64,000 bases of DNA from Deltaproteobacteria bacterium RBG_16_64_85 (GTDB lineage: Bacteria; Desulfobacterota; Deferrimicrobia; Deferrimicrobiales; Deferrimicrobiaceae): NCBI GenBank assembly GCA_001798885.1, contig MGQW01000008.1, positions 1,146-65,145 of the forward strand, read 5' to 3'. Positions 40,942 to 49,845 of the stretch are shown here, one piece after another. A program made the translations under genes and the position numbers. Positions within the stretch are counted from its first letter, which is position 1, and every line of letters starts with the position of its first letter. A model generated the notes under the pieces. The model saw nothing but the letters and a program-made list of their open reading frames with translations. It was not told where the DNA came from and ran no database searches.

Positions 40942-41187
40942 CCTATCCCCCTTGCAGGAAAAGGGCCCCGGTCCGCCTTGTGTGGTCGCTCCTCCCACGC
41001 TAAAATCCACGGATCCCGGCGATCCGCAGGGATGCTATAGTATCCCCGTAACCGGATCATTCGGCAATCGCTTTTCAAGCGACACCGAAAACGGTCGGAG
41101 AAAGTGAATCATTCGCACTGAAGGGTTGGTTTGCGTGGGAGTTACAGGTCTTTCTCTTTTCCTTCCGATATATTATCCTAATCCCCG

Positions 41188-42042
41188 ATGAAGTGCGCCG
41201 GGATCATCGCCAAGCACACCGACCCCCGGGCGGGAAAGATCGTCTCCGACCTTTGCGAATGGATCATCGCCCGCGGTCGGCGGGTGGTCCTCGACCGGGA
41301 GACCGCTGCCCTCGTCCCCCGCGGCGACGCCGTCGTCCGCTCCAAGCTGCCAGAGAAATGCGACTTCCTCATCGTCCTCGGCGGGGACGGCACGCTCCTT
41401 TCCGCCGCGCGGGTGGTTGGGACCTCCGGGAAGCCGATCCTGGGCGTGAACCTCGGGGCGCTGGGGTTCCTCACCGCGATCACGCTGGACGAGCTGTACC
41501 CCGTCCTGGAAAAGATCTTCAACTACGACTTCGACTACGACGAGCGGATGTTGCTGGTCGCCCACGTCCACCGGTTGGGCGAGCGCGTGGCCAACTACAC
41601 GGTCCTGAATGACGTGGTCATCAACAAGGGGGCGCTCGCCAAGATCATCGACATCGAGACGACTGCGGGAGAGATGTACCTGTCCACCTTCAAGGCCGAC
41701 GGCCTCATCATCTCGACGCCCACCGGATCGACGGGGTACTCCCTCTCGGCGCAGGGCCCCATCGTCTACCCGATGCTGCGCACGATACTGATCACCCCGA
41801 TCTGCCCGCACACGCTCACCAACCGGCCGCTCGTCATCCCGGACGACATGGTGGTCCGCGCGGAGCTGCGCTCCCGGGAGACCGACGTGTTCCTGACGCT
41901 CGACGGCCAGGTGGGGTTCGGGCTCCGCGAGAGGGACGTGGTGGAGGTGAAGAAGGCGGAGGCCCCCCTGCGGTTCTTCCGTTCCCCCTCCAAGGACTAC
42001 TTCACCGTCCTGCGCACCAAGCTCAAGTGGGGAGAGCGGTGA
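41188..42042 (+). CDS. nadK: NAD(+) kinase
   Basis: GGDGT motif, NE/D short motif, 284 aa. Confidence 0.9.
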   Translation: MKCAGIIAKHTDPRAGKIVSDLCEWIIARGRRVVLDRETAALVPRGDAVVRSKLPEKCDFLIVLGGDGTLLSAARVVGTSGKPILGVNLGALGFLTAITLDELYPVLEKIFNYDFDYDERMLLVAHVHRLGERVANYTVLNDVVINKGALAKIIDIETTAGEMYLSTFKADGLIISTPTGSTGYSLSAQGPIVYPMLRTILITPICPHTLTNRPLVIPDDMVVRAELRSRETDVFLTLDGQVGFGLRERDVVEVKKAEAPLRFFRSPSKDYFTVLRTKLKWGER

Positions 42043-42055
42043 TTCCGTTCCCGCG

Positions 42056-43735
42056 ATGCTGATCGAGCTGTCCGTCCGCAACCTCGCCATCTTCGAAGAC
42101 GTCCGCGTCCCCTTCGCACCGGGCCTGAACATCGTCACCGGGGAGACGGGAGCCGGCAAGTCGATCCTCGTGGAGGCGATCCGCCTTGCGCTGGGCGAGA
42201 AGGCGGACCCGGTGACGGTGCGAAGCGGCGAGCCGGAGGCGGAGGTCTCCGCGCTGCTCGACCTGTCCCGCAGGGAGGACCTGAAGGAGGCTTGGGAGGA
42301 AGCAGGCTTCCCGTGGGAGGAGGAGCTCGTGCTGCGCAGGGTCATTCCCTCCGCCGGAAGAAGCCGCGCCTACTTCAACGGTCGTGCGGTCGCACAGTCC
42401 GCGCTGACGGAGCTCGCCCCCGTGCTCGTGGAGATGGTGAGCCAGCACAGCGTCCCCTTCCTGCTCTCGAAGGCGGCGGCGCTGGCCTCGATCGACGAGT
42501 TCTCCGGGACCGCTCCCTTGGCGAGGGAGGTTCGCCGGCTGTACCGGCGCGTTTCCGCGCTGCGGAGGCAGGCGGAGGAAGCCGGCGCACGGGGAGAGAG
42601 CGCGCGAGGGCGGATCGAATCGCTGGATTTCCAGGTCGCGGAGCTTGCACGGGCCGTCCTCGTCCCGGGGGAGGAGGAGGAGCTGGCCGCGGCCCATTCC
42701 GTCCTGCGGAACGCCTCGAAGGTCCAGGCGGCGTTGCGGGACGCAGAGGGGGCCCTGTCCTCGGCGGAACATTCCGCGTCATCGTCGGTTTCGTTTGCGG
42801 CCGCCAGGGTGCGGGAGGCGGCCGCCGCCGATCCGCGCCTGGCGGAGCTGGGCGAGCGTATCCGTGGGCTCCAGAGCGAGCTTACGGACCTGGCGCGCGA
42901 GCTGGTTTCCCGGGCGGGGAGGGTGACCCTTGACGCCGACCGTCGCGAGCACATCGAAGAGCGCCTGACCGAGATCCGCCGCCTGAAACGGAAGTACGCG
43001 AAGGAGGTCCCGGAGTTGATCGCCCACCTGGACGACCTCCGGGTGGAACGGGGCGCCCTCGACGCGACCCTCGAGGAGGGGCGCAGGGTGCACGCCGCAT
43101 TGGCGGCGGAGGAAGAGTCGTGCGTCGCCGCCGCTTCGGCATTGAGCCGGGGGAGACAGGGAGGGGCGAAGAAAATGGCCGCCTCCGTGGAAAAGGAGCT
43201 GGCGCGCGTGGCCCTTGCCGGCGCGAAGTTCCGGGCCGAGATCGCCTCCCGGAGCCCCACGGCCGCGTCCCTTTCCGCGGCGGGGCTCGACGAGGCGGAG
43301 CTCCTGTTCAGCGCCAATCCGGGACAGGACCTGCGTCCCCTGTCGCAGACGGCGTCGGGCGGGGAGCTTTCGCGCGTGATGCTGGCCCTGCGGAACGCCT
43401 CCTCCCGCGGGCAGAGCGGAAGGACGATCGTCTTCGACGAGATCGACGCGGGGATCGGAGGGCGGGTGGCGGAGAGGGTGGGTGCGCGCCTGAAAGAGCT
43501 AGCGGGGACCGCGCAGGTGGTCTGCGTGACGCATCTTCCCCAGGTGGCGGCCTTTGCGGACTGCCACCTCCTGGTGAGCAAGGTCTCCGGGAGGGGATCC
43601 GTGACCACCAGCGTGAAACCGCTCGCGAAACAGGATAGGATAACGGAACTGGCGCGCATGATCTCCGGGTCGGAGGTCACCGGAGAGGCGCACGCGCATG
43701 CCAGGGAGCTGATCGAGAGGGCTGCAGGCGGATGA
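42056..43735 (+). CDS. recN: DNA repair protein RecN
   Basis: SMC-like; N-terminal Walker A GETGAGKS; long coiled coil; C-terminal signature/Walker B; conserved nadK-recN synteny. Confidence 0.9.
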   Translation: MLIELSVRNLAIFEDVRVPFAPGLNIVTGETGAGKSILVEAIRLALGEKADPVTVRSGEPEAEVSALLDLSRREDLKEAWEEAGFPWEEELVLRRVIPSAGRSRAYFNGRAVAQSALTELAPVLVEMVSQHSVPFLLSKAAALASIDEFSGTAPLAREVRRLYRRVSALRRQAEEAGARGESARGRIESLDFQVAELARAVLVPGEEEELAAAHSVLRNASKVQAALRDAEGALSSAEHSASSSVSFAAARVREAAAADPRLAELGERIRGLQSELTDLARELVSRAGRVTLDADRREHIEERLTEIRRLKRKYAKEVPELIAHLDDLRVERGALDATLEEGRRVHAALAAEEESCVAAASALSRGRQGGAKKMAASVEKELARVALAGAKFRAEIASRSPTAASLSAAGLDEAELLFSANPGQDLRPLSQTASGGELSRVMLALRNASSRGQSGRTIVFDEIDAGIGGRVAERVGARLKELAGTAQVVCVTHLPQVAAFADCHLLVSKVSGRGSVTTSVKPLAKQDRITELARMISGSEVTGEAHAHARELIERAAGG

Positions 43736-44202
43736 TCCGGAAGGCCAGGATGGGGGACGTCAAGGCGATCCAGAAGCTGATCGCCGAGTACGCCCGCAAG
43801 GGAGACATGCTGCCGCGGTCGCTCAGCGAGATCTACGAGAACCTCCGGGACTACTTCGTGTACGAGGAGGACGGAGAGGAGGTGATCGGGTCGGCGGCAG
43901 TCCACCTCATGTGGGAGGATCTGGCCGAGGTTCGATCGCTCGCGGTGCGCGACGACCGGATGGGCCGCGGCATCGGCACGCAGCTGGTCGAGGCATGTAT
44001 CTCCGAGGCGATCGTCCTGGGGATCACGCGCGTGTTCGCCCTCACCTACAAGCCCGTATTCTTCGAGAAGCTGGGGTTCAAGCAGGTGGACAAATCGGAG
44101 CTTCCGCACAAGATCTGGTCCGACTGCCTGAAGTGTTCCAAGTTCCCCGATTGCGACGAAGTCGCGCTGGTGGCCGATTTCTCCGGGACGCGGCATGCCT
44201 GA
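43732..44202 (+). CDS. GNAT-family N-acetyltransferase (short ArgA-like)
   Basis: 156 aa; acetyl-CoA motif RMGRGIGTQLV; ATG overlaps the recN stop. Confidence 0.7.
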   Translation: MIRKARMGDVKAIQKLIAEYARKGDMLPRSLSEIYENLRDYFVYEEDGEEVIGSAAVHLMWEDLAEVRSLAVRDDRMGRGIGTQLVEACISEAIVLGITRVFALTYKPVFFEKLGFKQVDKSELPHKIWSDCLKCSKFPDCDEVALVADFSGTRHA

Positions 44203-45529
44203 GGAGCTTTTCGGCCTCGTCGAGCGGGAAGTCGCGCAGCGCGGCGGGGGACAGGCCGAGCTGTACCTCGTGAGGGAGCGTGCACGACGGTATGACGCTC
44301 GGGGGGGGGGGATCGATTCCATTTCCATCGCCGATGCTCTCTCCCTCGGCGTCCGCATCTTCCGCAACGGCCGGATGGGATTTTCCTACGGATTTCGCGA
44401 GAGCGGCGACGAGATCGCCCGGATGGTCGAGGCGGCGCTCTTCTGCGCCGATGCCTCGGACCCCGATCCGGCCTACGGCCTTCCCGATGCGGATGGCGAA
44501 TTCCCGGAGCCCGCCCTCTACGATCCTGCGTGGGAGAGCGTCGGGGATTCCGCAAAGGCGGGGTTCGCCGCCGACCTGGAGCGCAGGACCCTGGCCTTCG
44601 ACCCGCGGATGAAGCGGGTCCGCTCCGCTTCCCTCAAGGAGACGGTCACCGAGGCGAGGTTTTGGAATTCGGCCGGCCGCGGGGGCAGCTGGCGGGCGTC
44701 GCACTACTTCGCTTCCGTGGAGTCGGTGGCCGAACAGGGGAATGAGGGGCAGATCGGCTACGGGTTCGGGTTCGGCCGGCGGTTCGCCGACCTGGAGGTG
44801 GACACGGTGGCGAAGGAGGCCGGCCTGCGGGCGGTCCGGATGCTCGGGGCCCGCCGTCTGCCGACCGGACACTACGCCGCGGTCCTGGAGAACGGCGCCG
44901 CCGCCGATCTCCTCGAAGTGCTGATCCCTTCCTTCCTCGCCTCCCAGGTGGCAAAGGGGAAGTCGATGCTTGCGGGAAAGAGGGGGCGGACGATTGCTTC
45001 CCCGATGGTGGACATCTCCGACGATCCCCTGGATGCGCAAGGGAGCGGTTCGCAGGCATTCGACGGCGAAGGGTCTCCGTGCCGCCGGAACGTCCTGGTG
45101 GAGGAAGGAGTGCTGAAAGGGTACCTGGCCGACGCCTTCTGGGGGAGAAAGCTGGGGACAGGGACGACCGCCAGTTGCCGGCGCCCGGGATCCAAGACAG
45201 CGCCGACGGTCGGGATCTCCAACCTCCTCATCGCACCCGGCGACAAGACGCCCGCAGAGATGCTGCGACGGGCCGGGTCTGGGATCCTGCTGACGGAGTT
45301 TCTGGGAATCCACACCGCCGACCCGATCTCGGGGGATTTTTCCGTCGGCGCGGCGGGGATCCGTTTCGAGAGGGGCGAAGAGAAGGAACCGGTTCGCGGG
45401 TTCGCCGTCTCCGGGAACGTCCTTTCCCTTCTCCGGCAGGTGACGGAGGTCGGCTCCGACTTCCGGTGGTTCGGGAACGTAGGCTCGCCGTCCCTGGCGG
45501 TATCCGAGATCGCAGTGGGAGGGGAGTAG
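44195..45529 (+). CDS. TldD/PmbA-family metalloprotease
   Basis: 444 aa; conserved C-terminal PmbA/TldD pattern (GDFSVGAAGIRFERGE...). Confidence 0.8.
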   Translation: MPEELFGLVEREVAQRGGGQAELYLVRERARRYDARGGGIDSISIADALSLGVRIFRNGRMGFSYGFRESGDEIARMVEAALFCADASDPDPAYGLPDADGEFPEPALYDPAWESVGDSAKAGFAADLERRTLAFDPRMKRVRSASLKETVTEARFWNSAGRGGSWRASHYFASVESVAEQGNEGQIGYGFGFGRRFADLEVDTVAKEAGLRAVRMLGARRLPTGHYAAVLENGAAADLLEVLIPSFLASQVAKGKSMLAGKRGRTIASPMVDISDDPLDAQGSGSQAFDGEGSPCRRNVLVEEGVLKGYLADAFWGRKLGTGTTASCRRPGSKTAPTVGISNLLIAPGDKTPAEMLRRAGSGILLTEFLGIHTADPISGDFSVGAAGIRFERGEEKEPVRGFAVSGNVLSLLRQVTEVGSDFRWFGNVGSPSLAVSEIAVGGE

Positions 45530-45531
45530 CG

Positions 45532-46197
45532 ATGGCGGCGGAGCCGCTGTTCATCTTCGACCTCGACAACACGCTTTATCCGCCGGAGGTGAGCCTCTGG
45601 CGGATCGTGGACGCCCGAATCGAGCGCTACGTCCAGGAGAGGCTCGGCGTGAACCCGGAGGCCGCCCGGCGTGTCCGCAAGGACTTCCTGCAGGAGTTCG
45701 GGACCACCCTGCGCGGCCTCATGCACTATCATGATGTTCCGCCGGGAGAATATCTCGAATACGTCCATGACGTGCCGATCCCGGAGATCGTCCCCCCGCG
45801 GCCCGACCTCCGGAGCATGCTCTCCGGGCTCCCGGGGAGGAGCGTGGTATTCACCAACGGCTCGGAGTCGTATGCCCGCCGGGTTCTCAAGGCCCTGGAC
45901 GTTTCGGACATGATGGAAGGAATCTACGGGATCGAATTCATGGAGTACATCGCCAAGCCGTCGCCCTACCCGTATGCCAAGCTCCTGCAGGCGACCGGGG
46001 CCCGCGCGGAGGCCTCCCTGTTCTGCGAGGACGTCCGCGAGAACCTGCTTCCGGCCCGAGAGCTCGGCATGTTCACCGTCTGGGTGGGGGGCAGGGAAGA
46101 GGCATCTCCCGCCCATGCCGTGGTGAGCGACGTGTGCGAACTTCCGGGGATCCTGCCGAGGTTCCTGGAGCCGAAAATTTCAGGAGGAAATCGATGA
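45532..46197 (+). CDS. HAD-superfamily hydrolase (pyrimidine 5'-nucleotidase-like)
   Basis: HAD motif I FIFDLDNTLY; ATG at 45532 preferred over ORF start 45079. Confidence 0.7.
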   Translation: MAAEPLFIFDLDNTLYPPEVSLWRIVDARIERYVQERLGVNPEAARRVRKDFLQEFGTTLRGLMHYHDVPPGEYLEYVHDVPIPEIVPPRPDLRSMLSGLPGRSVVFTNGSESYARRVLKALDVSDMMEGIYGIEFMEYIAKPSPYPYAKLLQATGARAEASLFCEDVRENLLPARELGMFTVWVGGREEASPAHAVVSDVCELPGILPRFLEPKISGGNR

Positions 46198-48437
46198 CGG
46201 AAAAGAAAGGAAAGCGCAGGTACTGGAGGCGACGCCCCCGGCGCAAGGATGGAGAGGCAGCGGAATCCGCGCCTCCCGCTTCGCCTCAGTCCGGCCAGTT
46301 TCCCGGCGAGGGGGAATCCTCGAGCGGGGCGTCTGTTGAGGGAGAAGACGTACTTCCAGGAGGGGACAAGGTCCAAGCGCCGGAGGAATCGCAGGAGGCG
46401 CTGACGCGGCCGGAAATCCAGGAAGTCGCAAAAACGGTCGAGGGCGCAACCGCTGCGCCGAAGGGGCGCCGCCGCCGGTCGCGCCGGCGGGGAAGCAAGG
46501 GAGCGCAGGCAAGCCCCCCGGACCAGCCGCAGGGAGAGCAAGCGACGCAGCCGTTTGGGGGTTCTTCCTCCGAGGGGGCGACCGGCGCGGGGGAGGAAAC
46601 GCCGCAGGAATACGGTGCGACCCCGGCGATCCCGGAGGGTTTTCCAACGGAGGGGTGGGAGGAAACCGCGGCGGATCCGCAAGACACGAAAGGGGCGCAG
46701 GCGGGGGAACCCGGAGGCGAGCCGAAGAAGGGAAGGCGGCGCAGTCGCCGCCGGGGACGGCATCGCGGGAAAGGATTGCCGCAGACGCCCGAAGGGGAAC
46801 CCGTTCCCGAAGGTGCTCCCGCACAGGGAGAGTTCAACGGCGGGGCGGAAGGGACCTCCTCCGAGGAGCCCGTCGCGGCGCGAGAGGCCGTCGAGGAGAT
46901 CGAGGCGCGGCAGGACGAGGAGGAGTACGGGGAGGAAGCCTCCGCCGAAACCGCCGGCAAGGGGCCGCGGAAGGTGATGCTGATCGACGGGATCCACCCG
47001 GAAGAGATCCGGGTGGCATTCGTCAGCGACGGAAATCTCGACTACTTCGAGGTGGAGAACCAGCGCAGGAAGCAGTTCAAGGGGAACATCTACAAGGGCA
47101 AAGTGGTCAACGTCGCCCATGCGATCGAGGCGGCCTTCGTCGAGTTCGGAGGCGGGCGGCACGGCTTCCTCCCTCTGAACGAATACTGCGGCGGCGCGCT
47201 GATGGAGAACCTCGGGACGTGGAACGAGGGGGACAAGCGCCCCCACCTGCGGCCCGGGGTGGAGATCCTTGTCCAGGTGACCAAGGAGGAGTCCTCCATC
47301 AAAGGGGCCGCCCTCACCTCGTACATCAGCATCGCGGGGCGGTACCTCGTGATGATGCTGGGGATGAAACGGTACGGGATCTCGAAGAAGATCTCGAACG
47401 AGAAGGAGCGGGAGCGGATCCGGAAGAACATGGAGAAGCTGACCTACCCGGATCACCTGGGGTTCATCGTCCGGACGGTGGGGGCGGGGCAGCCCCTGAA
47501 AGATCTCAAGGCGGACCTCGAGAACCTGCTCAAGCTGTGGGACCGGACGGTGGAGGGGGCGCGCACGCAGAAGGCGCCGGCGCTTCTCTACGAGGAGCAG
47601 GACATCGTCATCCGGACGCTGCGGGACAGGTACTCGTCCGACGTCTCGGAAGTCCTGATGAACTCGGCCGACTCGTACCGCAAGGCGCAGGCGTTTTTCG
47701 ACGTCTACTATCCGAAGCAGATGCAGAAGCTCAGGCTGGTCCGGCAGAAACGGCCCCTGTTCTTCAAGTTCAACCTCGAGGAGCAGCTGGAGAGGGCCTG
47801 CGCCCGCAAGGTGGCGCTTCCCTCCGGCGGGCACATCGTGATCGACAGGACCGAGGCGCTGTGGTCGATCGACGTCAACTCCGGCCGGTCGGCCAAGGAC
47901 CGGGACATCGAGGACACGGCCTACCGGACCAACAAGGAAGCGGCATCGGAGGTGGCGCGGCAGCTCCGGATCCGCGATATGGGAGGCTTGATTGTCGTCG
48001 ATTTCATCGACATGGAGAACCGGAACCATATCAAGGACGTCGAGAAGACCCTCAAGGACACCCTGAAAAAGGACAAGGCGAAAAGCGACGTCTCCAACAT
48101 GGGGAAATTCGGTCTGGTGGGGATCAGCCGGCAGCGGATGGGGATCTCCTTCTACGACGTCGTGATGAAGGGATGCGACGTGTGCTTCGGCACGGGCTCC
48201 CATCCCACGCCGGACGCCGTGATGGTGCGTTTCCTGCGGCGGGTCCACAGCGAGCTGTCGCGCGACCCTGCGAAAGACCTGGCGGTCCGCGTGTCGCCGC
48301 AGCTCCTGGAGGCGCTGCTGAACCAGAAGCGCGAGGAGGTCACCTCCCTGGAGAAAATGTGCGGGGCCCGCGTCGTCTTCGAGGTGGACGCCTCTCTCCC
48401 CCCCGGGTCTTATTCCGTGGGCGAAGGGACGACATGA
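46194..48437 (+). CDS. rne: Ribonuclease E/G with a roughly 270-aa N-terminal Arg/Glu-rich disordered extension
   Basis: Catalytic core (S1 domain, DNase I-like region, Zn-link CxxC-type motifs) lies in the C-terminal 480 aa; N-terminus has multiple RRRSRRRG segments; ATG overlaps the upstream stop. Confidence 0.85.
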   Translation: MTEKKGKRRYWRRRPRRKDGEAAESAPPASPQSGQFPGEGESSSGASVEGEDVLPGGDKVQAPEESQEALTRPEIQEVAKTVEGATAAPKGRRRRSRRRGSKGAQASPPDQPQGEQATQPFGGSSSEGATGAGEETPQEYGATPAIPEGFPTEGWEETAADPQDTKGAQAGEPGGEPKKGRRRSRRRGRHRGKGLPQTPEGEPVPEGAPAQGEFNGGAEGTSSEEPVAAREAVEEIEARQDEEEYGEEASAETAGKGPRKVMLIDGIHPEEIRVAFVSDGNLDYFEVENQRRKQFKGNIYKGKVVNVAHAIEAAFVEFGGGRHGFLPLNEYCGGALMENLGTWNEGDKRPHLRPGVEILVQVTKEESSIKGAALTSYISIAGRYLVMMLGMKRYGISKKISNEKERERIRKNMEKLTYPDHLGFIVRTVGAGQPLKDLKADLENLLKLWDRTVEGARTQKAPALLYEEQDIVIRTLRDRYSSDVSEVLMNSADSYRKAQAFFDVYYPKQMQKLRLVRQKRPLFFKFNLEEQLERACARKVALPSGGHIVIDRTEALWSIDVNSGRSAKDRDIEDTAYRTNKEAASEVARQLRIRDMGGLIVVDFIDMENRNHIKDVEKTLKDTLKKDKAKSDVSNMGKFGLVGISRQRMGISFYDVVMKGCDVCFGTGSHPTPDAVMVRFLRRVHSELSRDPAKDLAVRVSPQLLEALLNQKREEVTSLEKMCGARVVFEVDASLPPGSYSVGEGTT

Positions 48438-48889
48438 TCGAACGGAAGGACAGGGTGGACCCCTCCGTCCAGGACCGCGCCACGCAGGATCGGCTGCACC
48501 GCCTCTGCCGCCGGTACATCCGGGTGGCCTTTTTCTACCTTGCCCTGGGCCTGCTCCTGGGCGCGGGGATGCTCGCCTTCGGCAACGACAACTTCCAGTT
48601 CGTCCACACCCACATGCTGCTCATCGGGTTCGTCCTCTTCCTGATCTACGGCATCGGGTTCAAGCTGATCCCCACGATGTTCTTCGGTCTGCCCCGGGTC
48701 GCCTCCATCGGCTGGGCGGAAGTCCAGTTCTGGCTGGCCAACGTCGGGCTGGCGGGCATGCTGGTCGGTGCCATGATGCCGGTGGGCCTGGGGCTGGACC
48801 GGATCTCCGTCCTCTTCGGGCTCGTCGAAGCCGCCGCAGGGATTCTCTTCGCGGCCCTGATGGGAAAAACGATCCAGGGCCGTTCCTGA
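48434..48889 (+). CDS. Hypothetical 4-TM membrane protein
   Basis: 151 aa, hydrophobic; ATG overlaps the rne stop; the long ORF 46655..48889 is otherwise an off-frame artefact. Confidence 0.5.
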   Translation: MIERKDRVDPSVQDRATQDRLHRLCRRYIRVAFFYLALGLLLGAGMLAFGNDNFQFVHTHMLLIGFVLFLIYGIGFKLIPTMFFGLPRVASIGWAEVQFWLANVGLAGMLVGAMMPVGLGLDRISVLFGLVEAAAGILFAALMGKTIQGRS

Positions 48890-48997
48890 AAACTTTTGTC
48901 TGAAGTTCGGGGACGTTCTTAAACTTTTTAATGTCCCCTTGCCCAGGGATTAAAAAGTTTAAGAACGTCCCCAGACAAAAGTTTTCAGGAACGCCTG
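48878..48997. repeat. About 120-bp near-perfect nested palindrome containing inverted copies of GGGGACGTTCTTAAACTTTTTAA
   Basis: Outer arms CCTGAAAACTTTTGTCTG / CAGACAAAAGTTTTCAGG; inner arms share the 37.1-kb repeat family; the palindrome overlaps the stop codon at 48887-48889. Confidence 0.7.
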
Positions 48998-49027
48998 ATC
49001 GGGAAGACGATCGGCGGGAAATAGCGA

Positions 49028-49798
49028 CTACGGCAGAAGCCTCTCCGACGGATGATAGGTCCGGAAGCCGTACTCGCCCTCCGCCGTCAGGAAGAAGTGC
49101 CGCCACTCCTCCCGCCACGAGGGCAGCACAGCGAGCACCTTTCCCGCCTCTCCTTGAGCGAATCGCAGGAGACGCTCCGAATGGAAATGGCCGAGGATTA
49201 CGAAATCCACGCCTGCCGTGAACTGCCGCAACGCGAACTCGCGGCAATCCTTTTCCGGGAACGATCCACGGAAGCGGTGGTTGGTCCGCTTGAGCTTCCT
49301 CTCCAACCGGTCGGCGAGCGGAAGGACGACCGAGGAGGGAAGCGCGGAGACGGCTCCGAAGGCGAGGCGGTTCTTCGAGATGGCCTTCCAGAACCGATAG
49401 GCGATGTCGGCGCGGTTGACCGTGTCCCCGTGGGAAAGGTAGAGCCTCTTCCCTCCGACGGCCGCTCTCATTTCCACCTCGGCCACCGAGTCGAACGTTT
49501 GTCCTTCGTGGTACTTTTTCAGATAGAAATCCCGGTTCCCCTCCACATAATATAAACGTAGTCCTCCGCGGCGCAGTTCCCGCAGGCGCGAGATGACCGG
49601 CTTCTGGAACCCGAAGGTGAGGTCGGGACTGCCGAACCACAGGTCGAACACGTCGCCCAACAGGAACAGGGCAACGTTTTCGGCAGCGGCTTTTTCGGCG
49701 AGGGCGACGAAATTGCGGGAATGGATGTCGTCTTGGTTCAGGTGGGCGTCGGACAGGAAGACCGCACGCTCCGGGGAGATCGGGGACCCCTTTTCCAT
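49028..49798 (-). CDS. lpxH: LpxH-like metallophosphoesterase (UDP-2,3-diacylglucosamine diphosphatase family)
   Basis: AVFLSDAHL, GDVFDLWFG and GNRD motifs; start placed at MEKGSP (ORF track starts 21 nt earlier at a TTG). Confidence 0.65.
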   Translation of the reverse strand: MEKGSPISPERAVFLSDAHLNQDDIHSRNFVALAEKAAAENVALFLLGDVFDLWFGSPDLTFGFQKPVISRLRELRRGGLRLYYVEGNRDFYLKKYHEGQTFDSVAEVEMRAAVGGKRLYLSHGDTVNRADIAYRFWKAISKNRLAFGAVSALPSSVVLPLADRLERKLKRTNHRFRGSFPEKDCREFALRQFTAGVDFVILGHFHSERLLRFAQGEAGKVLAVLPSWREEWRHFFLTAEGEYGFRTYHPSERLLP

Positions 49799-49845
49799 AC
49801 GTTGAATACGATAGCACAAGATTCGCCGGCGGGGAGGTGCAAGGG

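Noticed and set aside
46655-48889. 744-aa plus-strand ORF spanning the rne region
   Set aside because: It is an out-of-frame read-through of rne. Only its last 151 codons (48434..48889, starting at an ATG that overlaps the rne stop) look like a real hydrophobic membrane protein.
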